This document shows, one piece after another, positions 1 to 9,637 of a stretch of DNA of 64,000 nucleotides. The notes under the pieces are model-generated. The model had not been told where the DNA came from, searched no databases, and worked only from the letters and a program-made list of their open reading frames with translations. The stretch is from an uncultured Chloroflexia bacterium (lineage in GTDB: Bacteria > Chloroflexota > Anaerolineae > Anaerolineales > UBA4823). Each line of letters opens with the position of its first letter. Positions within the stretch are counted from its first letter, which is position 1. A program made the position numbers and the translations under genes. The stretch covers positions 8,175 through 72,174 of the forward strand of contig CAVOGL010000005.1 of NCBI GenBank assembly GCA_963695415.1, read 5' to 3'.

Positions 1-770
1 GCAAACCTCACCCTCTTCCCGCGGCCCTTTGCGGTCCACAATGCTTGGAGCATCGTTGCCGGGGTAGGAACTGTAGATAAATAGATACCATCATCCGCTA
101 GCGAGTCTTTGCAGGCAGAAAACGAACACTTGCCTACGGTGTCAAAAATAATGTCATATACCATGCCATTTTCGGTAAAATCCTCCTGAGTGTAATCAAT
201 CACCGGATCGGCTCCCAAAGATTTGACCCATTCTAAATTCGCGGTACTGCATACCCCGGTCACCTCTGCCCCAAAGTACCTGGCAAGCTGTACCGCCGCA
301 GCGCCAACCGATCCAGAAGCGCCATAGATCAGCACGGTTTGTCCACTCTGAATATTGCCTTTATCTCTCAGAAAAGGTAGTGCGGTTAATGCCCCATTTG
401 GAATGCTGGCTGCCTCTTGATAATTTATGTTGGCCGGCTTAATCGCCAGCGCCCCGTTTTCAGGCATGCATTTGTATTCAGCATACGCGCCAAAGTTGTC
501 TATGCCGAACACCTGGTCACCCGGCTTGAAGCGGGTCACGACGCTGCCGATAGCTTCGATCTCTCCGGCAAACTCTTGTCCCAGGATGGGGTTTCTAGGT
601 CTCAGAAGACCGTTAAAACCTGGGGAAGCTCTCATATCTGGGTCTTCTTTTACGACAGTCGTCGCAAAAATTTTAATCAGCACCTCATTCGTTTTTGGGG
701 TGGGTTCTTCCACGTCATGAAGATGCAAAACCTCAGGCGGACCAAATTTTGTGTAAACAATTGCTTTCAT
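1..770 (-). CDS. Zinc-type alcohol dehydrogenase / NADPH:quinone oxidoreductase family protein; C-terminus lies beyond the left edge
   Basis: Not in the ORF track because it runs off the window. Minus-strand ATG at 768-770 gives [34 protein letters not shown]..., later [19 protein letters not shown] (Rossmann GxGxxG). Plus-strand ORFs 417-815 and 427-720 are antisense shadows. Confidence 0.8.
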   Translation of the reverse strand, partial: MKAIVYTKFGPPEVLHLHDVEEPTPKTNEVLIKIFATTVVKEDPDMRASPGFNGLLRPRNPILGQEFAGEIEAIGSVVTRFKPGDQVFGIDNFGAYAEYKCMPENGALAIKPANINYQEAASIPNGALTALPFLRDKGNIQSGQTVLIYGASGSVGAAAVQLARYFGAEVTGVCSTANLEWVKSLGADPVIDYTQEDFTENGMVYDIIFDTVGKCSFSACKDSLADDGIYLSTVPTPATMLQALWTAKGRGKRVRF

Positions 771-801
771 TTTTATTTTTCCTTTTCGCAGATAACAATA
801 C

Positions 802-1464
802 TTATAGTGAAATAGCCGATTTCACGATCATCCACAAGTCCGTAGGATTTGCACTGAACCTGGCGTAAAACAGGATCGCAGCCGCGATGCCAAACAAAAA
901 ATAAGCTGTCACAACGCCTTTTTGCAATAACGATGTTTTCTGGATCTCTTGTTTCGCCCTGACATCACAGATTTCACCGGGGCAGTATTGCGTTTTTTCT
1001 TTATGGAATATTGGATAAAATTTGCATCCCAAACAAATGCCAAAAACAGCTTCAAAGAACAAGAATATCAGGCAGACCTGGCAGATCAAACCAGTGATGA
1101 CGCTATAAGTATTCATCACGACCAACAGCAGGAACATGATCGTGGCTAACACCAACCCGATCGTCCAGGCAAACTTTTTTTGAGCCGCGCCGACATATTC
1201 GGGGGTTTGATTGCCTACGATCAACCGCCCGATGATCAATGAAGGCGAATATCTTGGGCTGATCAATACCCGTATGATGAAATCTGTCATGAAGATGGTG
1301 TTGACAAACTTGATCAGGAAAAAACTCTCTTGAAATATGACCAGCATCCAGGCCAGGAACATGAAAAAATACAGGATGCCTGCCGAGGCTCTGATCTCCC
1401 GCTCATTTAAAACCGGTATTTGATAACCTTCCACTGTTTCTCCAAATTGGTGTATTGTTTTCAT
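802..1464 (-). CDS. DUF4395-like polytopic membrane protein
   Basis: ORF 802-1509. Internal start [29 protein letters not shown] at 1464 follows AAAGGAGAG. Several hydrophobic helices and a Cys-rich tail (CLGCKF, YCPGEIC). Confidence 0.65.
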   Translation of the reverse strand: MKTIHQFGETVEGYQIPVLNEREIRASAGILYFFMFLAWMLVIFQESFFLIKFVNTIFMTDFIIRVLISPRYSPSLIIGRLIVGNQTPEYVGAAQKKFAWTIGLVLATIMFLLLVVMNTYSVITGLICQVCLIFLFFEAVFGICLGCKFYPIFHKEKTQYCPGEICDVRAKQEIQKTSLLQKGVVTAYFLFGIAAAILFYARFSANPTDLWMIVKSAISL

Positions 1465-1501
1465 TTTTCTCTCCTTTTTATGATTGGTATAAATGAGTTT
1501 T

Positions 1502-2221
1502 TCAAGCAACCTTATCCAGGGCTGGTTTTTGATCCATTACGCCCCTGATCAAAAGCCACAAAGTAAGTGCAAATTCTGAAATAAACCCGAGCGGATAACT
1601 TATGTAGGTTATACCAACGAAGGTTTCTGCGATGAAGGCTGGGAATAGAAAGAACTGAAGGGTACTCGTTAACCAGACCACACAATGAACCATCAGGATT
1701 ACGCCCAAAATCTTGGGAATGAAGCCGGATTTGAAAACCAAATAACCCAGCGGAAAGAGCCATGCGCCAAAGAATATCTGAGCGATTCCCAGGAACCCAT
1801 ATTTGTATATATACAGAGATAACATTGCCAGGGCTTGCTGTTGATTAACCTGGAATACTTTCAAGTAGTCGGCACCGCTCAAAAGCAGTTGGCTGGCAAT
1901 TAGGAAAAGATCACTACCACACCATACCGCGACACCGGTCAGGTTCAATAACAGGAACAGCAAGGCGATGTCCTTATTTACCGGCTTCAACAGCACGAAC
2001 AACGCCCAGGCCGTCAAAACAAAAAACACAGCAGCAACCAGGTCACTCACTATGCCGACACGGAATTGCCAAGCAGATGCCATGATATTCCCGGCAGTTG
2101 TTGCAGCATCTCCCAATACAATAAGATTGGAACGACCCAGCACATCTGCGAAGATGGAAATTATGATGTAAATCAGATACAGGAACCCTGCAATTCTTGC
2201 GGTCTTATTGATTGAATTCAT
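1502..2221 (-). CDS. DUF4386 family membrane protein
   Basis: MNSINKTARIAGFLYLIYIIISIFADVLGRSNLIVLGDAATTAGNIMAS... is a typical DUF4386 N-terminus. AAAGGAGAT RBS upstream. Confidence 0.75.
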   Translation of the reverse strand: MNSINKTARIAGFLYLIYIIISIFADVLGRSNLIVLGDAATTAGNIMASAWQFRVGIVSDLVAAVFFVLTAWALFVLLKPVNKDIALLFLLLNLTGVAVWCGSDLFLIASQLLLSGADYLKVFQVNQQQALAMLSLYIYKYGFLGIAQIFFGAWLFPLGYLVFKSGFIPKILGVILMVHCVVWLTSTLQFFLFPAFIAETFVGITYISYPLGFISEFALTLWLLIRGVMDQKPALDKVA

Positions 2222-2660
2222 TTTTTATCTCCTTTGATATGAATAGCGCATAGCCCGACAAGGCAATGCCCACTAGGTATAAAACACTCTGAACAACATT
2301 CACCTGCCAGCGACCATGCCCAATATACGAGGAAGCTAAAAACGCCATCACTTCGATAAAGCCGATCACAAACACTAACATCCAGAAAGCCCATTTTTGA
2401 CCGGCGACCAGGCTTTTGCGGATTAGCGTCCAGGTCAGCACTGAGATCACTAGCGAGCAAGAGTTGTACAGGATCGTAAAAGCATTGAGCGATGCAATGG
2501 TCTTCGCACCAAGGGCGGCAATTTCAGCTTCTGAAACAGAAGCCACTTGCAAAATTGGGGAGTCCTTTTTGAGAATGATGACATAGCACAATATGATCAA
2601 GGCGAGTATAAAGTTGATGCCACACCATATTGAAAGAACGTTCGCACCTTTTTTTAGCAT
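2205..2660 (-). CDS. Small four-helix membrane protein, unknown family
   Basis: ORF 2205-2678. The ATG at 2660 (MLKKGANVLSIW...) sits 8 nt after AGGAG. Strongly hydrophobic. Confidence 0.6.
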   Translation of the reverse strand: MLKKGANVLSIWCGINFILALIILCYVIILKKDSPILQVASVSEAEIAALGAKTIASLNAFTILYNSCSLVISVLTWTLIRKSLVAGQKWAFWMLVFVIGFIEVMAFLASSYIGHGRWQVNVVQSVLYLVGIALSGYALFISKEIKNEFNQ

Positions 2661-2687
2661 TTTGGCTTCTCCTTTCATTTTCTCTCC

Positions 2688-3396
2688 CTAGCCCAAATCC
2701 ACTTTCGCAGACAGGGAAGCGATCGCAGATGGATTGAACCCTTTCACGATCAGCCATACCGCCAGAACCAATTCTTGTGGCAGCATTGGAGCAATCATAA
2801 GGACTTGTCCCGTACTGAAAAGGCGCGATGAGACCGATACTGACTAACGCACAGGATAGGATGCCCGTTATGCCGAAAATAAGACCCCAGACCGATAACC
2901 AACGAGGAACGAGTCTGGTTTTATAAAATATGACATAATAAAGCGTACACCCGATGGAAAAAGCCAGTAGCGAGCCAACATTACTCACCCAAGCCTTCCC
3001 TGCAAGTAATAATTCTCCAAGGGTTTGGAAATACGAAGGATCCGGAGCCCCAGCTTTTACGAATAGCTGGCTTAAGGTGATGATCGATAGCAGGATACAC
3101 ACAGAAACAAAACGCAACACTCCCTCCGAGATCCTGAAACCAACCGCTCCAAGCGCCAGAACCGGGCTGGAATGCTTTAGCACGGGATACAGCGAAATTG
3201 CAATCCCGGAAGCGCAAGCACCGCCGATGAATAAAAGAAAGGCTCCTGTTCCCACCAGGCCAGCATTTTCAGAAACACTGACCAGATAATTCGTGGAATT
3301 CACAGATCCCAGGAACAGGAAGCTCAGGACATCCACGCTCGTGTAAATGATGAAAAGGATTCCGGCACTTATTGCGAGTTTTCTAAAGTTGTTCAT
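2688..3396 (-). pseudogene. DUF4386-type membrane protein, frameshifted paralog of 4667-5401
   Basis: ORF 2524-3396 matches its paralog up to ...VSIGLIAPF and then becomes nonsense (SPYDCSNAATRIGSGG...). The adjacent frame gives GQVLMIAPMLPQELVLAVWLIVKGFNPSAIASLSAKVDLG with its stop at 2688-2690, aligning to LMAPLAIQEMVFAAWMILKGFNQ of the paralog. The shift lies near 2805-2825. Confidence 0.8.
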
Positions 3397-3432
3397 TTAA
3401 TATCTCCTTTTTCTAATTCGTTTGGTGGATTC

Positions 3433-4092
3433 TTAAGCGGTTTTGCCTGGATTGCTGCGCAACAGCACGATCCCCAGCCAAACGAACCAGATGACCTGGC
3501 TCAAGGCAAAAACTCCGACCAGGTCGATCAACCCCGGGAGAATGGTGATGATGCCCACCGCGCCAACCAACAAGCCGAGGATATTCAAGCTCTTGGGAAG
3601 CCCGCCCGTTCGAAGAGCGGCCAGGCTGACCAGCAGCGTCCAAAGTCCGCCCAGGATTTCTCCATTGCCGTTGCCCAACCCACTCGCCACGGTCTCGAAC
3701 CCCAACCAGGTCAAGGCAGCCTGGACCGGGTCTTTGGCATACAATGCAACAGCAGGGGCGATCCCGGCATTGGCGACCATGCCGCTGGCGATCAGCGAGC
3801 CAGCCCAGATGATCCCGATCACGGTTGCCACCTGCATGATCGCCGGTGCACCGGACTTTATGCGGTCGTATAACGCAAGCGAAAGGACGATCAGAAAAAC
3901 ACCAAAGAACACGTACATGAGCAGGTTGGTCGCAAATGTGACCATCTGCATTTCGACCAGCAGGGCAACCTTTTGGACCGGGTCAGTGATGCTGGGGTAG
4001 TCCAGAACTACAAGGAAGATGGTCATTCCGATCAGGTAGGCGGCTGCCAGGTACAAAGCGGCGAAACCGCCGAATTTTTGAAAATTTTTCAT
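3433..4092 (-). CDS. DUF4386-like polytopic membrane protein
   Basis: 219-aa ORF, MKNFQKFGGFAALYLAAAYLIGMTIFLVV..., six hydrophobic segments. AAAGGAGAT RBS. Confidence 0.6.
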   Translation of the reverse strand: MKNFQKFGGFAALYLAAAYLIGMTIFLVVLDYPSITDPVQKVALLVEMQMVTFATNLLMYVFFGVFLIVLSLALYDRIKSGAPAIMQVATVIGIIWAGSLIASGMVANAGIAPAVALYAKDPVQAALTWLGFETVASGLGNGNGEILGGLWTLLVSLAALRTGGLPKSLNILGLLVGAVGIITILPGLIDLVGVFALSQVIWFVWLGIVLLRSNPGKTA

Positions 4093-4120
4093 TATTTATC
4101 TCCTTTGATTGCTGAATAGG

Positions 4121-4555
4121 TCAGGCTTCGATGTTGCGCCACTGCCATGCAAACCAGATGATCAGCAGTAGACAGAGGGTCTCGACAACGGCGATGAACA
4201 GGTAGTGGGGAAATGACGCCATACCAACCCAGATATAGGCAATGGTGATAATACTCACCACGATATTGACCCAGCGATTGATGCCGTAATTCAATACACG
4301 GGACAGGATGATCATGGCAATGGCGAGATTGCCCATGATCGCGGCACCAAGCATCAGTTGAGGGATAGGGGTACCGGTGCTGACTGAGGTTTTCGCCACT
4401 TCATCTAACGCCCCAGGGATGAACAGCGAAAGGATATCTGCCTTCAACATATTTATCACGACTACGATCCATAATGTTGAGAGCAGGGCTTTCGCATCAA
4501 TTTTTCTTGTTGTCTTCCAGTTTGTCCCACCGGGTATTGCTTTGGTTGTATTCAT
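4121..4555 (-). CDS. DUF6326-like small membrane protein
   Basis: Start MNTTKAIPGG at 4555 after AAGGAG. LSTLWIVVVINMLKADILSLF resembles the DUF6326 signature. Confidence 0.6.
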   Translation of the reverse strand: MNTTKAIPGGTNWKTTRKIDAKALLSTLWIVVVINMLKADILSLFIPGALDEVAKTSVSTGTPIPQLMLGAAIMGNLAIAMIILSRVLNYGINRWVNIVVSIITIAYIWVGMASFPHYLFIAVVETLCLLLIIWFAWQWRNIEA

Positions 4556-4666
4556 TTCATTCTCCTTGTTGTTATTAATTTTGTCGCAGACAAGCCGCAA
4601 GTGTTTGTTTATGATTCGATCGGGGAAAGGGAGTGTCTTCAGACTTCCTCTCCCCTATATGCTGAT

Positions 4667-5401
4667 TTAAGCTGCGCTCAAAAGTTCATTTGTTTTTGTT
4701 TTAGCTGTCATGACAGCTATTTTCTGTTGGTTGAAACCCTTCAAGATCATCCAGGCTGCAAAGACCATTTCCTGGATGGCAAGCGGGGCCATTAAGAACC
4801 CCAGACCCGAGCTTAGAGATAGAACCTGCTGCGAGCCAAAAATGCCTTCTAAGTGGGCAATGAAGTACAACACTGCACCAACCAAACCCCAGCCAGACAG
4901 CCAGCGGGGAACCAGTCTGGTTTGATAGAAGAGAACATAGATCATCACCGCACCGATACTGAAAACCAAACCCAGTATCAGAGTGGACCAATCAGTTGTC
5001 GCAGTGAGCACGGAACCAAGTGCTTGACGGACGGATGCATCTGCTGCTCCGGTCATCCCATCGATCTGGCTGACAGTCAACATAAGGAACATAGCCAACA
5101 CCGTGATCAAATAACACACCATTTCTAATACCCCCCTGAACAGAACTGCTCCTAACGCCAGGACCTCATTGTGCTTTTTAAAGATCGGGTATAAAAGCAC
5201 CGGAATCATCGCCAGAGGAAATCCCATTACCAGGATAAGAAGTGTTCCGAGGATCCATTGGGTTTCATTTGCAGATACATTGAGTGGGTATGTCACTCCG
5301 GCTTTGATTGGGGCAGTCACAACCATGCTCAGGATGCCTGAGACTGTTCCAACGATGAAAAGAATTCCAACAGTCACGGCGGTTTTTCTGTATGTAATCA
5401 T
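4667..5401 (-). CDS. DUF4386-type membrane protein (intact paralog of 2688-3396)
   Basis: 244-aa ORF. Shares YYVIFYKTRLVPRWLSVWG / YVLFYQTRLVPRWLSGWG and the C-terminal WMILKGFN motif with the frameshifted copy. AAAGGAGAA RBS. Confidence 0.75.
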   Translation of the reverse strand: MITYRKTAVTVGILFIVGTVSGILSMVVTAPIKAGVTYPLNVSANETQWILGTLLILVMGFPLAMIPVLLYPIFKKHNEVLALGAVLFRGVLEMVCYLITVLAMFLMLTVSQIDGMTGAADASVRQALGSVLTATTDWSTLILGLVFSIGAVMIYVLFYQTRLVPRWLSGWGLVGAVLYFIAHLEGIFGSQQVLSLSSGLGFLMAPLAIQEMVFAAWMILKGFNQQKIAVMTAKTKTNELLSAA

Positions 5402-5546
5402 TTATTTCTCCTTTACTAGACGTTATGTTTAAGTTTCACTAAATTTGACTTGCCTATATTTGCGGTCACCACACGATTAACAGGGCTATAAATGGGATGG
5501 AAATATACTCAACAGAGAAACTCCTTTCCAGGCAGTTACTAACCAT

Positions 5547-5846
5547 TTACGATTCGGCATCTGACGCGTCCTGCTGACCTGGATCGAGAGAACAGACCGA
5601 GAGCAACGGCATGCCCAAATCACGAATTTTCTTGAGCAAGCCGTGCAAAGCAGCCTGGTCAATTAATGAACCGGTGAGAAGCGTGGTGCCGTCATCTTCC
5701 AGCGTAATAGTCAAACCTTCGAACCAGTCAGTCCACTCTCTTCCGAGATGACCCTTGATCCTGATCTTATAATTGGTCGCTTTATTTGGTTCCGTGTTTA
5801 GGTTGTATTTGTTTCGCATACCTCTGCACCTTTTTGGTTCGGTCAT
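5547..5846 (-). CDS. Small conserved hypothetical protein
   Basis: 99-aa ORF; the alternative start MRNKYN is at 5819. KIRIKGHLGREWTDWFEGLTITLEDDGTTLLTGSLIDQAALHGLLKKIRDLGMPLLSV looks like a folded soluble domain. Function unknown. Confidence 0.55.
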   Translation of the reverse strand: MTEPKRCRGMRNKYNLNTEPNKATNYKIRIKGHLGREWTDWFEGLTITLEDDGTTLLTGSLIDQAALHGLLKKIRDLGMPLLSVCSLDPGQQDASDAES

Positions 5847-6009
5847 AGGTGTTCTTGCCGCTTACTCGTGGCTCCGATCCTTGTCCGAGAATGTACAGAG
5901 ATAATATCCCCCACACCGTGTTAACGAACAGACACTTAAGTGTTGGTTATGGGTGTTGTTTTGGGGAGATTGCTTAAGGTATTGCGGGGGTAATGAGGAA
6001 TATTAAAGG

Positions 6010-8710
6010 TTAGACCAAACCCAACTCATGGGCACGCACGACCGCTTCAATCCGGCTTTGAACTTGCAGCTTGTCAAAAATTTTGCGGTTATGCCCTTTG
6101 ATTGTGTCCAGTGCCAGGAAAAGCCGCTCGCCGATCTCTCGATTCGAGAGTCCCTGGGCAATCAGCTTTAGGATTTCTAATTCGCGTTTACTCAATGGTT
6201 CAATCAGTAACTCACCATCCCGGTGTCCTACCAGAGTGGCAAAAGATGGATCAGGTTTACCTGCGTTTTTTCCAGAGCTGACCACATGGACCGGTCGCTT
6301 CTCAGCTTCAAAGGCTGCCAGCAACCTGGATACATAGCTTTGCATAATCCCCCGGGAAGCAGCTTCTAGCAATAGCTCAGCCATCAAGGAACCTTCGTCC
6401 ACAAATAGGCGGATATGACCGCCTGTCTCGCCGAGTGTCAGCGCTTCGACCAGCACTTGCACTGCCTTGTCTTTCGCACCTTGTGCAAAGAGAACAACAG
6501 ATTGCACAGCTAACACCAGGAGCAGCCTTCCCGGCAATCTATTTGCTTCCGCTTGCTGGCGCTGTGTCTCCACCAAAGCCAGCGCTTCGAATGGATGACC
6601 CAGGGCGATGAGAACACGCGCCTGCATGAGCGGCATGTCAAATGTCCGTACCAATTGTGCGGCATCATCCACATTATTCTGCCGAAGCTGGATTCTTGCC
6701 CGGGTGTAGAAGATATCCGGCAGGCGATAAGTGTAATTCTTTAGACGCGAGGTTTGTTCCGCCTGTAATATCTTGCCCATCGCACCGGTCACATCTCCCT
6801 GGGCTAGTTTCAGACGGGCAAGGAATACGTCACTCAATATTAACCTGTCGATGACTTGGTCAAACTGCTGTGATAATTTTAAGCTCAGTTCGCCATAATA
6901 TTCGGCGGCGGTCAAATCGTTCCACTCATAATAGATCCGTGCCAGACCAAGGTAGGCGACAGGGGCATTATATGGAGAATAATCCTCCATCATTGGCAGT
7001 ACGCGCTGGTAGGTCTCAGCTGCCAGGTGAAGTTGATTTTCAGCTTCCTGGATCTGCCCCAAACGCATGGAAGCTAATGAGGCGTTGATAATATCCCCGG
7101 CAGCCTGGGCGAGAGAATGGGCTTCGGTATACGCCCGTCTGGCCTCAGTCAGGTCATTCTGAATGTAATGAGCAAATCCCAGCGACCGGGTTGCCATGGA
7201 CCGTTCCGACAAGTTATCGGGAGGCAGATACTCCAGGGCGCGGCGCCCCTGGACCAGGATGGTTTCAATCTGGGCTTGCAGCTGCGCCAGGTTAGCTCTG
7301 GCGGCGGCAATTTTACCGATCAGGTCCCGGTTTCCATCGTCCTGGCTGGCACCCGGCAGGGCTTCCGAAGACAAAGCTGCTTCAGTCGACCGGAGTTTCT
7401 CTTCCACGCCCTTCGGTTGACCCATGATCAACAACATAGCAGCCTGCATCCACCACAAGGCAGGTCTCGCGTCCAGCACGGTCTTTGGCAGCGACTCCAG
7501 CCAGTCCAGAATAGCCGTGGCTGTGCCGCGCAGGTGTAGGGGCATCTCCGTGCTTCCCATCAGGCGCCCGGCGCGCTCAACGTCATTAGCCGCAGCCGCT
7601 TGCTGAAAAGCTTCAAGCATCAGGTGATTGTTTTCATACCATTGGCTGGCAAGCAGTTGAAGTTCAGCAATTTCCCCAGGAGATAAACTTTGACCCAACC
7701 GTTTGCGGAGCAAATCCCTAAATAAATGGTGATAGCGGTACCAGTGCCGTTCATTGTCCTGTGGAATAGTGAAAAGGTTTGCACGTTGGAGGTATTCCAG
7801 GGTTGCCTGACCGGGAACATCCGGATCGGACAGAATGGCATCACAAAGAGGTCCACAAATGCGTTCGAGGAAGGATGTGCGCAGCAGAAAGGTCTGAATG
7901 CTGGCGGATTGCTGTCCCAGGACTTCTTCGACCAGATAGTCCAACACGAAATGATGGCTGCCGGTAAAAGATTGAATAAAACTGGTGGTGTCTTGATGAC
8001 CCTGCATGGAAAGCGCAGCCAGTTGCAAACCGACGATCCAGCCCTCGGTACGGGCTTCCAGCGCGGCGACATCTGCATCAGAGAGATCCAGCTCCATCAC
8101 GCGGTTAAGGAATTCGGCGGTTTCGGCTGGGGTAAAGCGCAAATCGGCGGCGCGCAGCTCGGTACACTGACCCCGGGCGCGCAGGCGTGCCAGAGGCAGT
8201 TCTGGATCTTCGCCGCGTGACGATGAGCAGGTGCATCTGCTGCGGCTGGTGTTCGATAAGGTAAGTCAGGGATCGATCGACCGGCTGGGAATCGATCGAG
8301 TGGTAGTCATCCAGGACGAGAAGAAAAATCTCAGAGACGGTGGAAATTTCGTTGATCAGGGTGGTCAAAATGGTTTCGATCTGCAGTGGTTGAGGGGATT
8401 GGAGCGCAGCCAGTAATCCCTCACCAATTCCCGCCTGGATCGTCTGCAATGCTTTTACGAGGTAAGAGATGAACCGCGCAGAATCGTTATCTCCTTCATC
8501 CAACGACAACCATGCAACTGGCATCCCGCAAATGGAGGTCCATTCGCTGACCAGGGTGGTCTTGCCAAACCCGGCGGGGGCGGAAACGAGAGACAGTCTG
8601 CAACCTGCCGCCAGCCCTTCGTTCAATCGCTCAACCAGGCGCGGACGCGGGACAACTTTCGGACGAGGTGGGGGGATAAACAGTTTTGTGGCTAGAAAAG
8701 GAGCAGACAT
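6010..8710 (-). pseudogene. MalT/LuxR-family ATP-dependent transcriptional regulator (STAND NTPase + TPR-like + LuxR HTH), split by a 1-nt frameshift
   Basis: ORF 8105-8710 carries Walker A (SAPAGFGKTTL) and LLVLDDYH, then ends in nonsense after LLIVT. Shifting one base at 8211-8217 (minus-strand acgcg[g]cgaagat) gives TREDPELPLARLRARGQCTELRAADLRFTPAETAEFLN, which runs into ORF 6010-8142. That ORF ends with a LuxR HTH (LSKRELEILKLIAQGLSNREIGERLFLALDTIKGHNRKIFDKL). Confidence 0.85.
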
Positions 8711-9167
8711 AGGGCAATTATTATTTTTAGATGCGAAAAGCCCAACTCGCGATCAGCGGATCGCGGAAAAACTTTCAGACAATCTTAAATATTCACCTGG
8801 TCATTATGATTATTGCAAAGCACTATCTTTATTGTGATCGAGTTATATCACAATTACCAGGGATTTGTATTCGACCTGGATTGCACGTACTGCCCTGGGC
8901 GATACCGCTCTCCCTCGGGGGATGTGGAGGCAGTGGCAGCCCTGCTGTAGCATCGAAAGCATATTTCCTTGATCGGGTATAGAAATGGGGAAGGAGGTGG
9001 AGCGACATTTTGCGTCCTGAAATGTGGACTTTTTAAGTTCCTGATTTGTGGACATTTTATTTTCTTCTTGACACTATCATCAGTACTATGGCCTCCTCCG
9101 ACTTCTCATCCGTCTTCTCTCTGAACTTCACCTTTCGGCTTATAACGTCAATTACACTGGGACTGGT

Positions 9168-9626
9168 CCAGCGACCAGGTGAGACCTCTCCTGTTCCATC
9201 GCCTACTTTCTCAACATCCTGCACTCCCTACACCGGAGGAGCCTGCCCAGAGCAAAGCGAAGGGTTCTTCGCGGCTGCTTCTCAGGGTCTTCACCGCTTC
9301 TGTTGCCTTCGCCATTCGTGACAGACCCGGCTCTCTCTTGCTCCCCTTTCGGGGCTAACATGTCGGTGCTGCCGTGCTTGCATAGCAAGACGCTTGCACA
9401 GCAAGACGCTTGCATAGCAAGACAATCACTTTATGTTACGGGCTGCTGTTTTACTCTCCTTTCTCAGGAGGTTACAACGCTTCGACATAGCCAGTCACCC
9501 GGCTGCATCGGTTGCCTCCTGAACGGTGTGAAGGATCACTGGCAGCCTGACCCTTACCAGGACTGGACTTCCTCCAGCAAGCAAACGGTGACTTTTCCAG
9601 GACACACCATGCGGGGTTGGGCGGCT
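9168..9626 (-). repeat. Copy 1 of a ~455-nt structured ORF-less repeat (candidate ncRNA or expanded attC)
   Basis: Roughly nine-tenths identical by eye to 16785-17238, with unrelated flanks. Starts with GCCCAAC 15 nt after the GNAT stop codon. Dense helices on the minus strand, and G-C/G-U exchanges between the copies. Confidence 0.6.
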
Positions 9627-9637
9627 GTTTGATATTT

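Noticed and set aside
9212-9316. Small ORF inside the repeat (MAKATEAVKTLRSSREEPFALLWAGSSGVGSAGC in copy 1, extended in copy 2)
   Set aside because: It has no Shine-Dalgarno sequence. The stop position differs between the copies. The differences are mostly non-synonymous (T/K, R/K, R/H, S/F) with a single synonymous change, so there is no sign of purifying selection on a peptide.
9376-9423. CRISPR-like array
   Set aside because: The units are 16 nt, directly abutting, with no unique spacers. There are only three units and no cas genes. It is a tandem hairpin repeat.
9168-9626. RNase P RNA: the minus strand of copy 1 contains GGAGGAAGUCCAG, which resembles the P4 GAGGAAAGUCC motif
   Set aside because: Copy 2 has GGUUCAAGUUCAG at the same place. 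There is no ACAGAACCCGGCUUA-type 3' motif on that strand and no GGUAA..GUGAAA block. A universally conserved catalytic core would not vary between copies.
9168-9626. Group II (class C, attC-targeting) intron: the minus strand begins GUGUG just after an attC inverse core, and GGGGAGGUCU-like and purine-rich stretches are present
   Set aside because: I can find no domain V hairpin (AGC/CGC triad, 2-nt bulge, GNRA loop), no domain VI and no reverse-transcriptase ORF on either strand. Known IIC-attC introns also insert antisense to the cassettes. It is kept only as a hypothesis of a distant or truncated derivative.
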